Origin: Halomicrobium mukohataei DSM 12286
GTDB taxonomy: Archaea > Halobacteriota > Halobacteria > Halobacteriales > Haloarculaceae
Assembly: GCF_000023965.1 (NCBI RefSeq)
Contig: NC_013202.1
Coordinates: forward strand, 1,200,001 to 1,232,000
DNA length: 32,000 nt
Direction: 5' to 3'
In this document: piece by piece, positions 1 to 8,753 of the stretch
Numbering within the stretch: position 1 is the stretch's first letter
How the letters are laid out: every line of letters starts with the position of its first letter
Translations under genes and position numbers: made by a program
The notes under the pieces: model-generated
Seen by the model: the letters and a program-made list of their open reading frames with translations, nothing else
Database searches by the model: none
What the model was told of the DNA's origin: nothing

Positions 1-6
1 GGACCG

Positions 7-798
7 TCATTGGCCCACCCCCCGTTCGGCGAGCAGGCCAGCCAGCTCACCGGCCGTCTCCTCTGGCGTGCCTTCGTACAGCGTCGCGTCACCCTCGGAT
101 TCTGGCTCGTACAGGGCGGTCTGTTCGATCGGGCTGTCCAGCGCCGTCGCGTCGAGCCCGATATCGTCGAGCGTCTTCTCGGCCAGCTCCTTGCTCTGGG
201 CCTGTCGAATCCCGCGGAGGCTGGCGTAGCGGGGGTCGTTGATCCCGGTCTGGATCGTCAACACGGCGGGCAGCTCCACGTCGGTCAGCTCTTCGACGCC
301 GCCTTCGAGTTCGCGGTGGACGTGTGCGACGCCCGCTTGGGCGTCGAGATCGAGCGCGTTGACGACGGCCGCCCACTCGGTCCCGAGCTGGTCGGCAAGC
401 GTCACGCCGGTCGCGCCGAGGCTGTCGTCGGCCGACTGGACGCCCGTGAGTATCAGGTCGGGGTCTTCCTGTTCGGCAACGGCCGCAAGCAGGCGCGCTT
501 TCGTCGCGGGATCGAGCATCGCGTCGTCGTCGAGGGCGTCGTCCCAGACACGAATCGCGCGATCGGCACCCTTCGCCAGTGCCTGTCGGATCGTCTCCTC
601 GGCGTCACTGGGGCCGATCGTCACCGTCACGACCTCGACGTCGTCGAGGGATTCGGAGAGCTGGACGGCTTCCTCGACGGCGTACTCGTCCCACTCGTTG
701 AGGTCGGCCGTGACGTACCGATCGTCGATGTCGAGTCCGTCGATCTCGAACTCGTCGTCGACTGCGGTCACCTCCTTTACCGTGACAAGGACTTTCAT
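7..798 (-). CDS. etfB: Electron transfer flavoprotein beta subunit (EtfB/FixA family)
   Basis: Track ORF 7..879. The ATG at 796-798 gives MKVLVTVKEV. ETF-beta-like blocks are NEWDEYAVEEA, LILTGVQSADD and PRYASLRGIRQA. The 27 upstream codons are Arg/Ser-rich and probably untranslated. Confidence 0.85.
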   Translation of the reverse strand: MKVLVTVKEVTAVDDEFEIDGLDIDDRYVTADLNEWDEYAVEEAVQLSESLDDVEVVTVTIGPSDAEETIRQALAKGADRAIRVWDDALDDDAMLDPATKARLLAAVAEQEDPDLILTGVQSADDSLGATGVTLADQLGTEWAAVVNALDLDAQAGVAHVHRELEGGVEELTDVELPAVLTIQTGINDPRYASLRGIRQAQSKELAEKTLDDIGLDATALDSPIEQTALYEPESEGDATLYEGTPEETAGELAGLLAERGVGQ

Positions 799-913
799 AC
801 CACGCAGTGGGGCCGGCCGCCCGATAAACGTTTCCGAACCACTGGCCACGCGACGAGAGTTTTTTCGGAGGGCCGGCACTCCCCGCGGTGTTCTCCTGGG
901 GTTCGCGACGGTC

Positions 914-2056
914 TCAGTTCTCGATGTCCGTGACGTCCTCGTCCGGGAACGAAATCAGGTTCTCGCGTCCGATCCTGAGCTTGTCGATCTGGCCGTCCTC
1001 TTCCATCGAAGAGAGCAGCTGTGAGACTTTCGCGTTCGACCAGCCGGTCTCTTTGACGATGTTCGCCTGCTTCATTCGTCCGCCGTTGCGCTCCAGCAGC
1101 AGTTCGACGCGTTCCTCGTCGCTGAGCAGCTCTTCGTCGATTTCCTGGTCGGGCGCTTCGTCGGTCTCTGCCGGGGCCGCCGTCGGCACGGTCGCAGGCG
1201 GCTCGTCCCCGTCGTCCTCGGACTCGGTCGCGAGGGGACCGGCGTCGAACGCGTCGCGGTCGATGACGCTGTCGTCCCGAAGCAACAGCACGTAGACGCC
1301 GGAGGCGGCGACCACGGCACCCAACAGGGCGAGCCCGCCCCAGAGCAGCGACGACCCGCCGTCGGGGTCCCCATCGGGGCCTCCACCGGGGGACGACGGC
1401 GAGTTAGAGGGTCCCTCCGCTCCGGGAGTGTAGGCGAGTTCGAGTTCGGACTCCGTGAACGTCGTCGGACCCTCCCAGACGATCTGGCCGTCCCGCACCT
1501 GTTTCGGGACTGTCCGGATCCCGGCTCCCGGCGGCAACTCGAGGACGAGCGTCTGGTCCGCTTCCAGGCCGGTCAGCCAGGGATCCGTGGTGTTGTACAC
1601 GTCGTCGACGTACCGGGTCTCACCCTCCGAGCGCGCGAAGTTGGTCCAGGTAAAGGACAGCGTCAGCGTCCCGTTGGTGAGATTGCTGCTTCGTCGTACG
1701 TCGCGCAGTTCCATCGGGCGGCCGGTCGCTTCGCTCGCGGCCGCGTTCGCCCGCCGGAACGCCGACAGCCCGAGCGTGTCCGCTTCGCCCTCGGTGAACC
1801 GCTCTGCCGTCGTTTTGAAACTGTTTCGCTCCTGCTCGTTCGCGACGTCGAAGCCACTGGCGGTGACAGAAAACGTGGCGTTACCGTCAGACCGAAGCTG
1901 TATCAGGATCGTCGTGTGGCTGGCGGTCGACGACGCTGTCGGCGGGGGCGTTTGCTGGGCGTCGACACCGCCGACCACGCCACTGGTGGCCGCAACTGGT
2001 GCCGAGAGCACCACCAGCAGGAGGGCGAAGTGGGCGGCTCGTAACCGGTGTGACAT
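914..2056 (-). CDS. Membrane-anchored winged-helix (MarR/TrmB-like) protein with N-terminal signal/anchor and extracytoplasmic domain
   Basis: Lower part of track ORF 914..3268, with ATG at 2054-2056 (MSHRLRAAHFALLLVVLSAPVAA). Domain order: about 200 aa non-cytoplasmic domain, Pro/Gly/Ser/Asp linker, TM helix LLWGGLALLGAVVAASGVYVLLL, acidic linker, C-terminal wHTH (LSDEERVELLLERNGGRMKQANIVKETGWSNAKVSQLLSSMEEDGQI). The upstream part of the track ORF overlaps the opposite-strand gene and is Arg/Gly/Pro shadow sequence. Confidence 0.7.
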   Translation of the reverse strand: MSHRLRAAHFALLLVVLSAPVAATSGVVGGVDAQQTPPPTASSTASHTTILIQLRSDGNATFSVTASGFDVANEQERNSFKTTAERFTEGEADTLGLSAFRRANAAASEATGRPMELRDVRRSSNLTNGTLTLSFTWTNFARSEGETRYVDDVYNTTDPWLTGLEADQTLVLELPPGAGIRTVPKQVRDGQIVWEGPTTFTESELELAYTPGAEGPSNSPSSPGGGPDGDPDGGSSLLWGGLALLGAVVAASGVYVLLLRDDSVIDRDAFDAGPLATESEDDGDEPPATVPTAAPAETDEAPDQEIDEELLSDEERVELLLERNGGRMKQANIVKETGWSNAKVSQLLSSMEEDGQIDKLRIGRENLISFPDEDVTDIEN

Positions 2057-2212
2057 CTTCACCCCGTGACTGTGCTGCCCGAGAGGAAAACGCTTTCCAT
2101 CACGGGATAAAACGTCAGCGTCGTCGTTGAAACGTCTCGCGGACTCTCGTCGGAGAACACCGATCCCACGGAAGAGAGGGATTTTTGTGGGACGGGGGAG
2201 AAGGGCGTAACA

Positions 2213-3448
2213 ATGCGTCCCGCCACCGTCTCGATCCTCGCCCTCCTCTTCGTCGTGCTGTCGCTGCCCGCCGTAGTTGCGGGTCCTGTCCCCGCTGAAC
2301 AGGGGACGGCGGCGCAGTTCGACGATCCGTCTCCGGTGATCGTCCCGATCCAAGAGTTCGCCAACTACCTGACGATTCCGCCTGGCAACGTGACGGTCTC
2401 CGACCACGGAGCCGTCAACGTCAACACCGGGACGGCAGTCGCGACCGACGCCGCGTCCCTCCGCGGACAGCATCGGACGACCGCCTTCGAAAACGAGTTC
2501 TACGACACCTCCTCGACCAGCGAGCGGTCCGAGATCATCCGCTCGGAAGTGAGCTGGGCAGAGACCAGGTCCGACGAGTTGCGCGTCCGACGCGCCGGTG
2601 CCATCGAGGCGTACGCCTCCGGGACGATATCCACCACGAAGTTCGTTCGGACGATGGCACTGATCGACACCGAAGCACGGCAGATCTCGGCGACGATCGG
2701 TCGGGTCAAAGACGTCGCCAGACGGTCGAGTTACTCGCTTCCGAGGCGACTCGACACGCGTATCGAGAATCTCAGAGGCGAGGTCGAGGTGCTCCGCGGG
2801 CCGGTCGCCCGACGTGCCAGCGAGGCCGTCACCGGTGACCGGCGGATCGAATCGGTCTACGTCGAAAGTTCGGACTCGGGGTACACGCTCGCGATGGTCG
2901 ACGGCGACTCGTACTACCGCGAGACGTATCTCGCCGACGAGCGTCGGCCCGAGGCCACCGATCAGTTCCGGGAGAGCGACCTCTATCTGGTCAACGCGGC
3001 CAACCGTCGTGGCATCGAGCTGTACCCCTGGGTGACAAACGACACCTCGCCGTCCGGCCAGGCGCTCGGCGAGACCGGCATCTACCGGTTCCGGGCCGAG
3101 TACACCAGCGGCGACCTCACGGCGTATCTCGACGGCGGGACCACCAACGTCTTCCGGGAACACCAGCGCCAGTCGCTGGCGGCGATTCCGGTTACCGACA
3201 CGGTGACCGAACAGGACGACTCGCTCCGGCTCCGGATCAATCGGACGTACGAAACCGGGCCGATGCACGTCCGGCTGGTCGACAGTGTGACCGGCGAGCC
3301 GGTGTCCGGAACCGTCCGGATCGACGGCGAGTACGTCGGGACGACCGGTGCGGACGGGGCCCTCTGGACCGTCGAGCCACGCCCCGGTGTTCCGCTGACG
3401 GTCCGCACCGACGACGGCACCGTCTTCGACGCCCGGCTCCCACCCTGA
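2213..3448 (+). CDS. Secreted/surface protein of unknown function (signal peptide, helical middle region, C-terminal carboxypeptidase-regulatory-like beta domain)
   Basis: ATG at 2213. N-terminus is MRPATVSILALLFVVLSLPAVVAG. Composition is acidic. The C-terminus VRLVDSVTGEPVSGTVRIDGEYVGTTGADGALWTV resembles CarboxypepD_reg-type folds. Divergent from the wHTH gene. Confidence 0.7.
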   Translation: MRPATVSILALLFVVLSLPAVVAGPVPAEQGTAAQFDDPSPVIVPIQEFANYLTIPPGNVTVSDHGAVNVNTGTAVATDAASLRGQHRTTAFENEFYDTSSTSERSEIIRSEVSWAETRSDELRVRRAGAIEAYASGTISTTKFVRTMALIDTEARQISATIGRVKDVARRSSYSLPRRLDTRIENLRGEVEVLRGPVARRASEAVTGDRRIESVYVESSDSGYTLAMVDGDSYYRETYLADERRPEATDQFRESDLYLVNAANRRGIELYPWVTNDTSPSGQALGETGIYRFRAEYTSGDLTAYLDGGTTNVFREHQRQSLAAIPVTDTVTEQDDSLRLRINRTYETGPMHVRLVDSVTGEPVSGTVRIDGEYVGTTGADGALWTVEPRPGVPLTVRTDDGTVFDARLPP

Positions 3449-3479
3449 CGTTCAAACCGGAACGGGCCACACCGGCCGT

Positions 3480-3941
3480 ATGGACCGGGCCACCTCGCCG
3501 GTCGTCGGTGTCGCGCTACTGCTCGCGCTGACGGTGCTGGCCGCGACCGCGGTCGGCACCGCCGCTGTCGCTCTCGATACCCCGACCCCGGCACCGACGG
3601 CGTCGTTCTCGCTGACGGCCGACGCCGCAACCGACACGCTGGTCCTGACACACCGAGGCGGCGACACCGTCTCAGTCGAGCGACTGCGGCTGGTCGTCAC
3701 GGTCGGCGGGGACGAACTCGACTCCCAGCCGCCGGTGCCGTTCTTCGCCGCCGAGGGGTTTCGAGGCGGCCCCACCGGCCCGTTCAACAGCGCCGACGAC
3801 GGCACCTGGAGTGGCGGCGAACGGGGATCGTTTCGAATCGCGTCGACGAACGCACCGCTGCCGGCAGCTGGGGATACCGTCGTGGTCCGGCTCCTCGCCG
3901 GTGACACGATCGTCGGGACCGTCCGCGCGACTGCGAGCTGA
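3480..3941 (+). CDS. Archaeal type IV pilin-like protein (class III signal peptide, DUF1628-type N-terminus)
   Basis: MDRATSPVVGVALLLALTVLAATAVG matches the archaeal pilin/DUF1628 N-terminal pattern (R-A-x-S-P-V-I/V-G-V then a hydrophobic helix). Lies 31 nt downstream of the secreted-protein gene. Confidence 0.75.
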   Translation: MDRATSPVVGVALLLALTVLAATAVGTAAVALDTPTPAPTASFSLTADAATDTLVLTHRGGDTVSVERLRLVVTVGGDELDSQPPVPFFAAEGFRGGPTGPFNSADDGTWSGGERGSFRIASTNAPLPAAGDTVVVRLLAGDTIVGTVRATAS

Positions 3942-4039
3942 CGGCCTGTACGAGCGTCACCACACCGACGCGGCGAGTCGTTTCTCGGCGGCCGCCTCGA
4001 CCGTCTCGTACGGCCTATTGTAGATCGGTCCCGAAGATC

Positions 4040-4660
4040 TTACTCGGGGACGCGTGCGATCGTGGTGATGGCCTTCGGACTTCCCGGTCTGTTCTGCTGA
4101 ATGAAGTGCTCGAAGTCGGTGAAGCCAGCGTCTTCGAACATCCGGTCGGCCTCGTCCTCGTCGTAGAACAGCATGATCGCGTCCGCGAGCTTCTGGAAGA
4201 CACTCTGGCTCGGGTAGTCCGGACCGACGATCAGCACCCGTCCGCCGGGCTTGGTGATCCGCCGGCACTCTTCGAGCGCGTCGACGGGGTTGGGCCAGTA
4301 CTCGATCGATCCCGACGACCAGACCACGTCGAACGTGTCGTCTTGGAAGGGGAGTCGTTCCGCGTCGCCGCGGTGGAACGCGACCGGACCGCGCTTGCCG
4401 AACTTCGCGTACGCCTTCTCCAGTTGGTGGGCGCTCTGGTCGAGCCCGTAGACGTGTTCGGTCGCTTCGAGCAGTCCCTCCGTGGCGAAGCCGGTGCCAC
4501 ATCCCACGTCGAGGACGTGATCGTCCGGTTCGATGTCGAGCTTCGCGATCGCCTCGTCGCGCATCTCCTCGTTCCAGATGAATGGGTTGACACGGTCGTA
4601 CACCTTCGAGAGGTACTTGTAGAACGTCCGCGCACGCGACTTGTTTTCGAGGACTCCCAT
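4040..4660 (-). CDS. Class I SAM-dependent methyltransferase (UbiE/MPBQ-MSBQ methyltransferase-like)
   Basis: SAM motif I VLDVGCGTGF and post-I/II blocks RLPFQDDTFDVVWSSGSIEYWPNP and KPGGRVLIVGP. ATG at 4658-4660. Confidence 0.85.
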   Translation of the reverse strand: MGVLENKSRARTFYKYLSKVYDRVNPFIWNEEMRDEAIAKLDIEPDDHVLDVGCGTGFATEGLLEATEHVYGLDQSAHQLEKAYAKFGKRGPVAFHRGDAERLPFQDDTFDVVWSSGSIEYWPNPVDALEECRRITKPGGRVLIVGPDYPSQSVFQKLADAIMLFYDEDEADRMFEDAGFTDFEHFIQQNRPGSPKAITTIARVPE

Positions 4661-4838
4661 TGCTCAGGGTTTGGGCTTGGCAAGCATAATTGCCCCGGAT
4701 CGTCGTCGCGGTGACACGCCCACTCCGCACCGGTGGCGGTCGACCGGTCGTTTTTTCACGGCTCCTCGCACCCCACAGAACCGGGCCAACTTCGCAACTA
4801 CCAAATAGCCGCTACAGCAACGTCAGGGTGATTAGAGA

Positions 4839-5171
4839 ATGCCACGGCCAGAAGTTCTCGACCGTATCAAAGCGGCCGAACAGGACGCCGACGACATTGT
4901 CGACGAGGCCGAACAGGACCGTGAGCAACGACTCGAAGACGCTCGCGAGGAAGCCGAGCAGATCCGCGAGACGGCCCGAGAGGAGGCCCAATCGGCAGCC
5001 CAGGAGCGTCTCGAAGAGGCTCGTGCCGAAATCGAGGCCGATCGCAAGGAACTGCTCGAAGAGGGCGAGCAGGCCCGCGACGATCTCGAATCGCGCGCCC
5101 AAGAGCGCACCGAGGACGTGATCGAACACGTCACAGAACTGTTCGAGGAGGCGGTACATGCTCAGACCTGA
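4839..5171 (+). CDS. atpH: A-type ATP synthase subunit H
   Basis: 110 aa, highly charged coiled-coil protein (EAEQDREQRLEDAREEAEQIRE). It directly precedes atpI and overlaps it by 14 nt. Position and composition are typical of haloarchaeal AtpH. Confidence 0.8.
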   Translation: MPRPEVLDRIKAAEQDADDIVDEAEQDREQRLEDAREEAEQIRETAREEAQSAAQERLEEARAEIEADRKELLEEGEQARDDLESRAQERTEDVIEHVTELFEEAVHAQT

Positions 5172-7398
5172 GCGAATGAGCCGCGTCTCGGTGACCGGCT
5201 CGAAACGCGTCATGGACGACGTCATCGAGACCGTCCACGACCTGGGTCTGTTGCACGTCACCGAGTACGACGGCTCGTGGGACTACTTCGAACCCGGCGA
5301 CCCGGCCGAAGGAGCCGAAGACGGCTCTGAGAAGCTCGTCACCGTCCGCTCGCTCAAGTCGATCCTCGATGTCGACGAGGCCGACGCCGGCCCGACGCGG
5401 CTGGTGACCGACGAGGCACTCGACGAGGAACTCGAAGAGATCCGTCAGACGGTCAACGAACTCGACGACCGACGCGACGAACTCACGGACGAACTCCGAA
5501 CGATCGAAGACGAGATCCAGACGATCGACCCGTTCGTCACGCTGGGGATCGATCTGGACCTCCTTCAGGGGTACGAGAACCTGTCCGTGGTCGTCGGCGA
5601 AGGCGACATCGAGACCGTCCGGGACGCACTCGCACACAGCGACGTCGACCTCTACCAGTTCTTCCAGGAAGACGACGTCATCGCGGTGGCCGCACGCACG
5701 GACGAGGACACGCTGCAGGATGCTCTCGTCAGCGCGACGTTCACGGAGCTGACGGTACCCGACAGCGAGGCCGATCCCGAGTCCCACCGCGAGGAACTTC
5801 AGCACCGCAAACAGCAACTCGAATCGAAGCTCACGACCGTCGAGGACGAACTCGAAGACCTTCGCCTCGACGTCGCCGGTTTCCTGCTCGCGGCCGAGGA
5901 GAAGCTGGCGATCGACGTGCAAAAGAGCGAGGCCCCGCTGACGTTCGCGACGACGGAACACGCCTTCGTCGCCGAGGGGTGGATCCCCTCGGATCGGTAC
6001 GCGGACCTCGCGGAAGCGCTGACCGACGCCGTCGGCGAGGCGATCGAGGTCGACGAACTCGAACGAGCAGACTACAGCGACGAGGGCCACCCGGAGTCCA
6101 CCGAGACGGTCGAGACCGACGACTCCGGCGGCTCGGGCGGCGCGTCGACCGGCGAGACCGTCGAGGCGTCCGCCAGCGACGAGACCGAGAGTCAGGAGGT
6201 CGCCGCCGACGGCGGACTCGTGACGATGGGCGACAGCCGCCCGCCGGTCATCCAGGACAACCCCGGCGTCGTCAAGCCGTTCGAGGCGCTCGTCGAGATC
6301 ATCAACCGACCCCAGTACGACGAACTCGACCCGACGGTCGTCTTCTTCCTCACGTTCCCGGCGTTCTTCGGGTTCATGATCGGTGACCTCGGCTACGGGA
6401 TCCTCTACATGGGACTTGGCTACTGGCTGTTGAAGTCCTTCGACAACGACGTGGTCAAGAGCCTGGGCGGTGTCGGCCTGCTGTCTGGCCTGTTTACCGC
6501 CATCTTCGGCGTGTTGTACGGTGAACTGTTCGGTCTCCACCAGCTCGGAGATATCCTCTGGAACGGTCATCCGCCGATCCACAAGGGGCTCCAGCCACAC
6601 TACCTGGCGTACGGACAGGCCTGGCTCCTCGTCAGCGTCATCGCTGGCGTGCTTCACCTCGTCGTCGGCCGGATCTTCGACTTCTACAACAACCTCGATC
6701 ACGGCCTCGGTGAGGCGATCATGGAGAGTGGCTCGTGGATCCTCTTCACCGTCGGCCTCTGGCTGTGGGTGTTCACCCGGACCGCCATGGGACCGAAGCC
6801 CTCGTTCATGTTCGAGGTGTTCGGCAGCGGTGAGGGCGCGGCGCTGCCGATCGGCTTCACCGGCTTCCCCGTGCTGGAGCTGTTCCGGGTCCCGCTTGGC
6901 GGGTTCGACCTCGTGGTCGGCGTCGCGCTGGCCATGACGATCGTCGGACTGATCATGGTCATCGCCGCCGAGGGCGGGATCGGTCTCATCGAGTCGATCA
7001 CTCAGGGCTTCGGGCACGTCGTCTCCTACACCCGGATCGCTGCGGTGCTGCTGGCCAAGGCCGGGATGGCACTCGCCGTCAACCTGCTCGTGTTCGGTGC
7101 GACCCTCCACGGTGGAGAGTTCCACCTGATCTGGTTCATGTCCGAGGAGCCAGTCGCCGACGACGTCGTCTTCCAGGGGCTGCTGAACCTCGACGGGTCG
7201 ATGGCGATCGTCGGCCTCCTGTTCGGGCTCGTCCTCCTGGTGCTCGGGCACCTGCTGGTGCTCGTGCTCGGGATCACCTCTGCCGGCCTCCAGGCCGTCC
7301 GTCTCGAATACGTCGAGTTCTTCGGCAAGTTCTTCGAGGGCGGCGGCAAGGCCTACGAGCCGTTCGGGTACGATCGCGAGTTCACGACCGAGGAGTAA
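5158..7398 (+). CDS. atpI: A-type ATP synthase subunit I (a-subunit homologue)
   Basis: 746 aa. Starts MLRPERMSRVSVTGSK, has a coiled-coil cytoplasmic half and a multi-TM C-terminal half with RIAAVLLAKAGMA and the conserved Arg region YTRI. An acidic Ser/Thr/Glu-rich linker separates the halves. Confidence 0.9.
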   Translation: MLRPERMSRVSVTGSKRVMDDVIETVHDLGLLHVTEYDGSWDYFEPGDPAEGAEDGSEKLVTVRSLKSILDVDEADAGPTRLVTDEALDEELEEIRQTVNELDDRRDELTDELRTIEDEIQTIDPFVTLGIDLDLLQGYENLSVVVGEGDIETVRDALAHSDVDLYQFFQEDDVIAVAARTDEDTLQDALVSATFTELTVPDSEADPESHREELQHRKQQLESKLTTVEDELEDLRLDVAGFLLAAEEKLAIDVQKSEAPLTFATTEHAFVAEGWIPSDRYADLAEALTDAVGEAIEVDELERADYSDEGHPESTETVETDDSGGSGGASTGETVEASASDETESQEVAADGGLVTMGDSRPPVIQDNPGVVKPFEALVEIINRPQYDELDPTVVFFLTFPAFFGFMIGDLGYGILYMGLGYWLLKSFDNDVVKSLGGVGLLSGLFTAIFGVLYGELFGLHQLGDILWNGHPPIHKGLQPHYLAYGQAWLLVSVIAGVLHLVVGRIFDFYNNLDHGLGEAIMESGSWILFTVGLWLWVFTRTAMGPKPSFMFEVFGSGEGAALPIGFTGFPVLELFRVPLGGFDLVVGVALAMTIVGLIMVIAAEGGIGLIESITQGFGHVVSYTRIAAVLLAKAGMALAVNLLVFGATLHGGEFHLIWFMSEEPVADDVVFQGLLNLDGSMAIVGLLFGLVLLVLGHLLVLVLGITSAGLQAVRLEYVEFFGKFFEGGGKAYEPFGYDREFTTEE

Positions 7399-7827
7399 CC
7401 GACGGCCAACAGCGTTTTCTCGGCGCGTCGTCCGTTCTTCGAGAGACAGTATCGAACGGTGTCCCGTTTCTGGCGAACTCGACAGCGACCGGTACTGTGT
7501 CGTCGTCTGACACGCTGTGGCGGCGACAATCGGGAGTGCGCGCCGTCGGACCTCGGCGACGTTCCGGGAATGTCGCTTGGCCAACGAGTCTCCGGCGGTG
7601 CTTACAAAACGGACAGATATCTCACGTTCTGTGGATGATCGTTTGTTTAAGATCTGGTCTGCAATTCATATCGCCATTTCTTCGCACAGCGTCGCCTCGC
7701 GGGTCGTTCGTACGAACTAATTTCACCCGGTCCGTGGCCGAGTACTTGCTAGGCGTTCACGTCCCAAGGACCCAGCCGAGACGGCCTAAACCAGCCGAGC
7801 AGGGCCGTGACCATCTGTTTTGGGAAG

Positions 7828-7835
7828 CTTTATGA
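7828..7835 (+). promoter_or_regulatory. TATA-like box (CTTTATGA) upstream of atpK
   Basis: About 55 nt upstream of the ATG at 7887, inside the long atpI-atpK spacer. Confidence 0.35.
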
Positions 7836-7886
7836 CTCCGGTATGGCCATATGCGCTTGTCCGGAACCAACTACAGGATTCCAACA

Positions 7887-8144
7887 ATGTCATCCGCACT
7901 ACTCCAAGCGTTTGTCGGTAGTACCGCTGCTGCACCTGCAATCCCACCGCTGGCCGCCGCCGCGCTGGCCGTCGGACTCGCCGCAATCGGTGCAGGCTAC
8001 GCGGAACGTGGAATCGGTGCCGCCGCAGTCGGTGCGATCGCGGAGGACGACTCCATGTTCGGTCGTGGCCTGATTCTGACAGTGCTCCCGGAGACCATCG
8101 TCATTCTGGCACTGGTCGTCGTGTTCCTCACGCTGGGACAGTAG
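7887..8144 (+). CDS. atpK: A-type ATP synthase subunit K (proteolipid c subunit)
   Basis: Track ORF 7851..8144; I prefer the ATG at 7887 (MSSALLQAFV). Two-helix proteolipid with GLAAIGAGYAERGIGAAAVGA and the ion-binding Glu in LPETIVILALVVVF. Confidence 0.85.
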   Translation: MSSALLQAFVGSTAAAPAIPPLAAAALAVGLAAIGAGYAERGIGAAAVGAIAEDDSMFGRGLILTVLPETIVILALVVVFLTLGQ

Positions 8145-8168
8145 ACTCCACCCCTTTCAAACCCATTT

Positions 8169-8753
8169 ATGAGTCTTGAAACAGTCGCAGAGGACATCCG
8201 AGACGAGGCCCGCGCGCGTGCAGAGGAGATTCGTATCGACGCCGACGAGCGCGCCGAAGAGATCATCGAGGCGGCCGAGGCCGACGCCGAAGAGATCCGC
8301 GAACAGCGACAGGCCGAGGTCGAACGCGAAATCGAGCAGGAGCGAGAGCAGAAACTCTCCAGCGCGAAACTGGAGGCAAAGCAGGAGCGACTCGAGGCTC
8401 GCCGCGACGTACTCCAATCGGTCCGCGACAGCGTCGAAGCGGAGATCGCCTCCCTCGAGGGCGATCGTCGAGAAGAGCTGACGCGGACGCTGCTCGACGC
8501 TGCCACGGCGGAGTTCGACGACGACGCCGGTGTGCAAGTGTACGGGCGAGCCGACGACGCCGACCTGCTGGAGTCGATCCTCGCCGACTACGACGGCTAC
8601 GAGCTGGCCGGCGAGTACGACTGTCTGGGCGGCGTCGTCGTCGAGAGCGAGAGTTCGCGTATCAGCGTGAACAACACGTTCGACTCCGTTCTCGACGACG
8701 TCTGGGAGAACAACCTGCGAGACATCAGTTCACGGCTCTTCGAGGAGCAATGA
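8169..8753 (+). CDS. atpE: A-type ATP synthase subunit E
   Basis: 194 aa. Charged N-terminal helix, globular C-terminus (GGVVVESESSRISVNNTFDSVL). ATGA overlap with atpC. Confidence 0.85.
   Translation: MSLETVAEDIRDEARARAEEIRIDADERAEEIIEAAEADAEEIREQRQAEVEREIEQEREQKLSSAKLEAKQERLEARRDVLQSVRDSVEAEIASLEGDRREELTRTLLDAATAEFDDDAGVQVYGRADDADLLESILADYDGYELAGEYDCLGGVVVESESSRISVNNTFDSVLDDVWENNLRDISSRLFEEQ

Noticed and set aside
3957-4730. ORF 3957..4730 (-) and ORF 4106..4714 (+) overlapping the methyltransferase gene
   Set aside because: These are shadow frames of the clearly recognisable SAM methyltransferase (4040..4660) and are Arg-rich with no motifs.
5131-7584. Very long antisense or alternative-frame ORFs (for example 5131..7584 -, 10511..11932 -, 11905..13581 -, 16360..17565 -, 20078..21913 +, 22032..23801 +, 13624..14499 -)
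   Set aside because: Each lies opposite or out of frame to a confidently recognised gene. Their translations are Arg/Gly/Pro/Asp-rich, low-complexity and motif-free, as expected for stop-poor shadow frames in GC-rich DNA.
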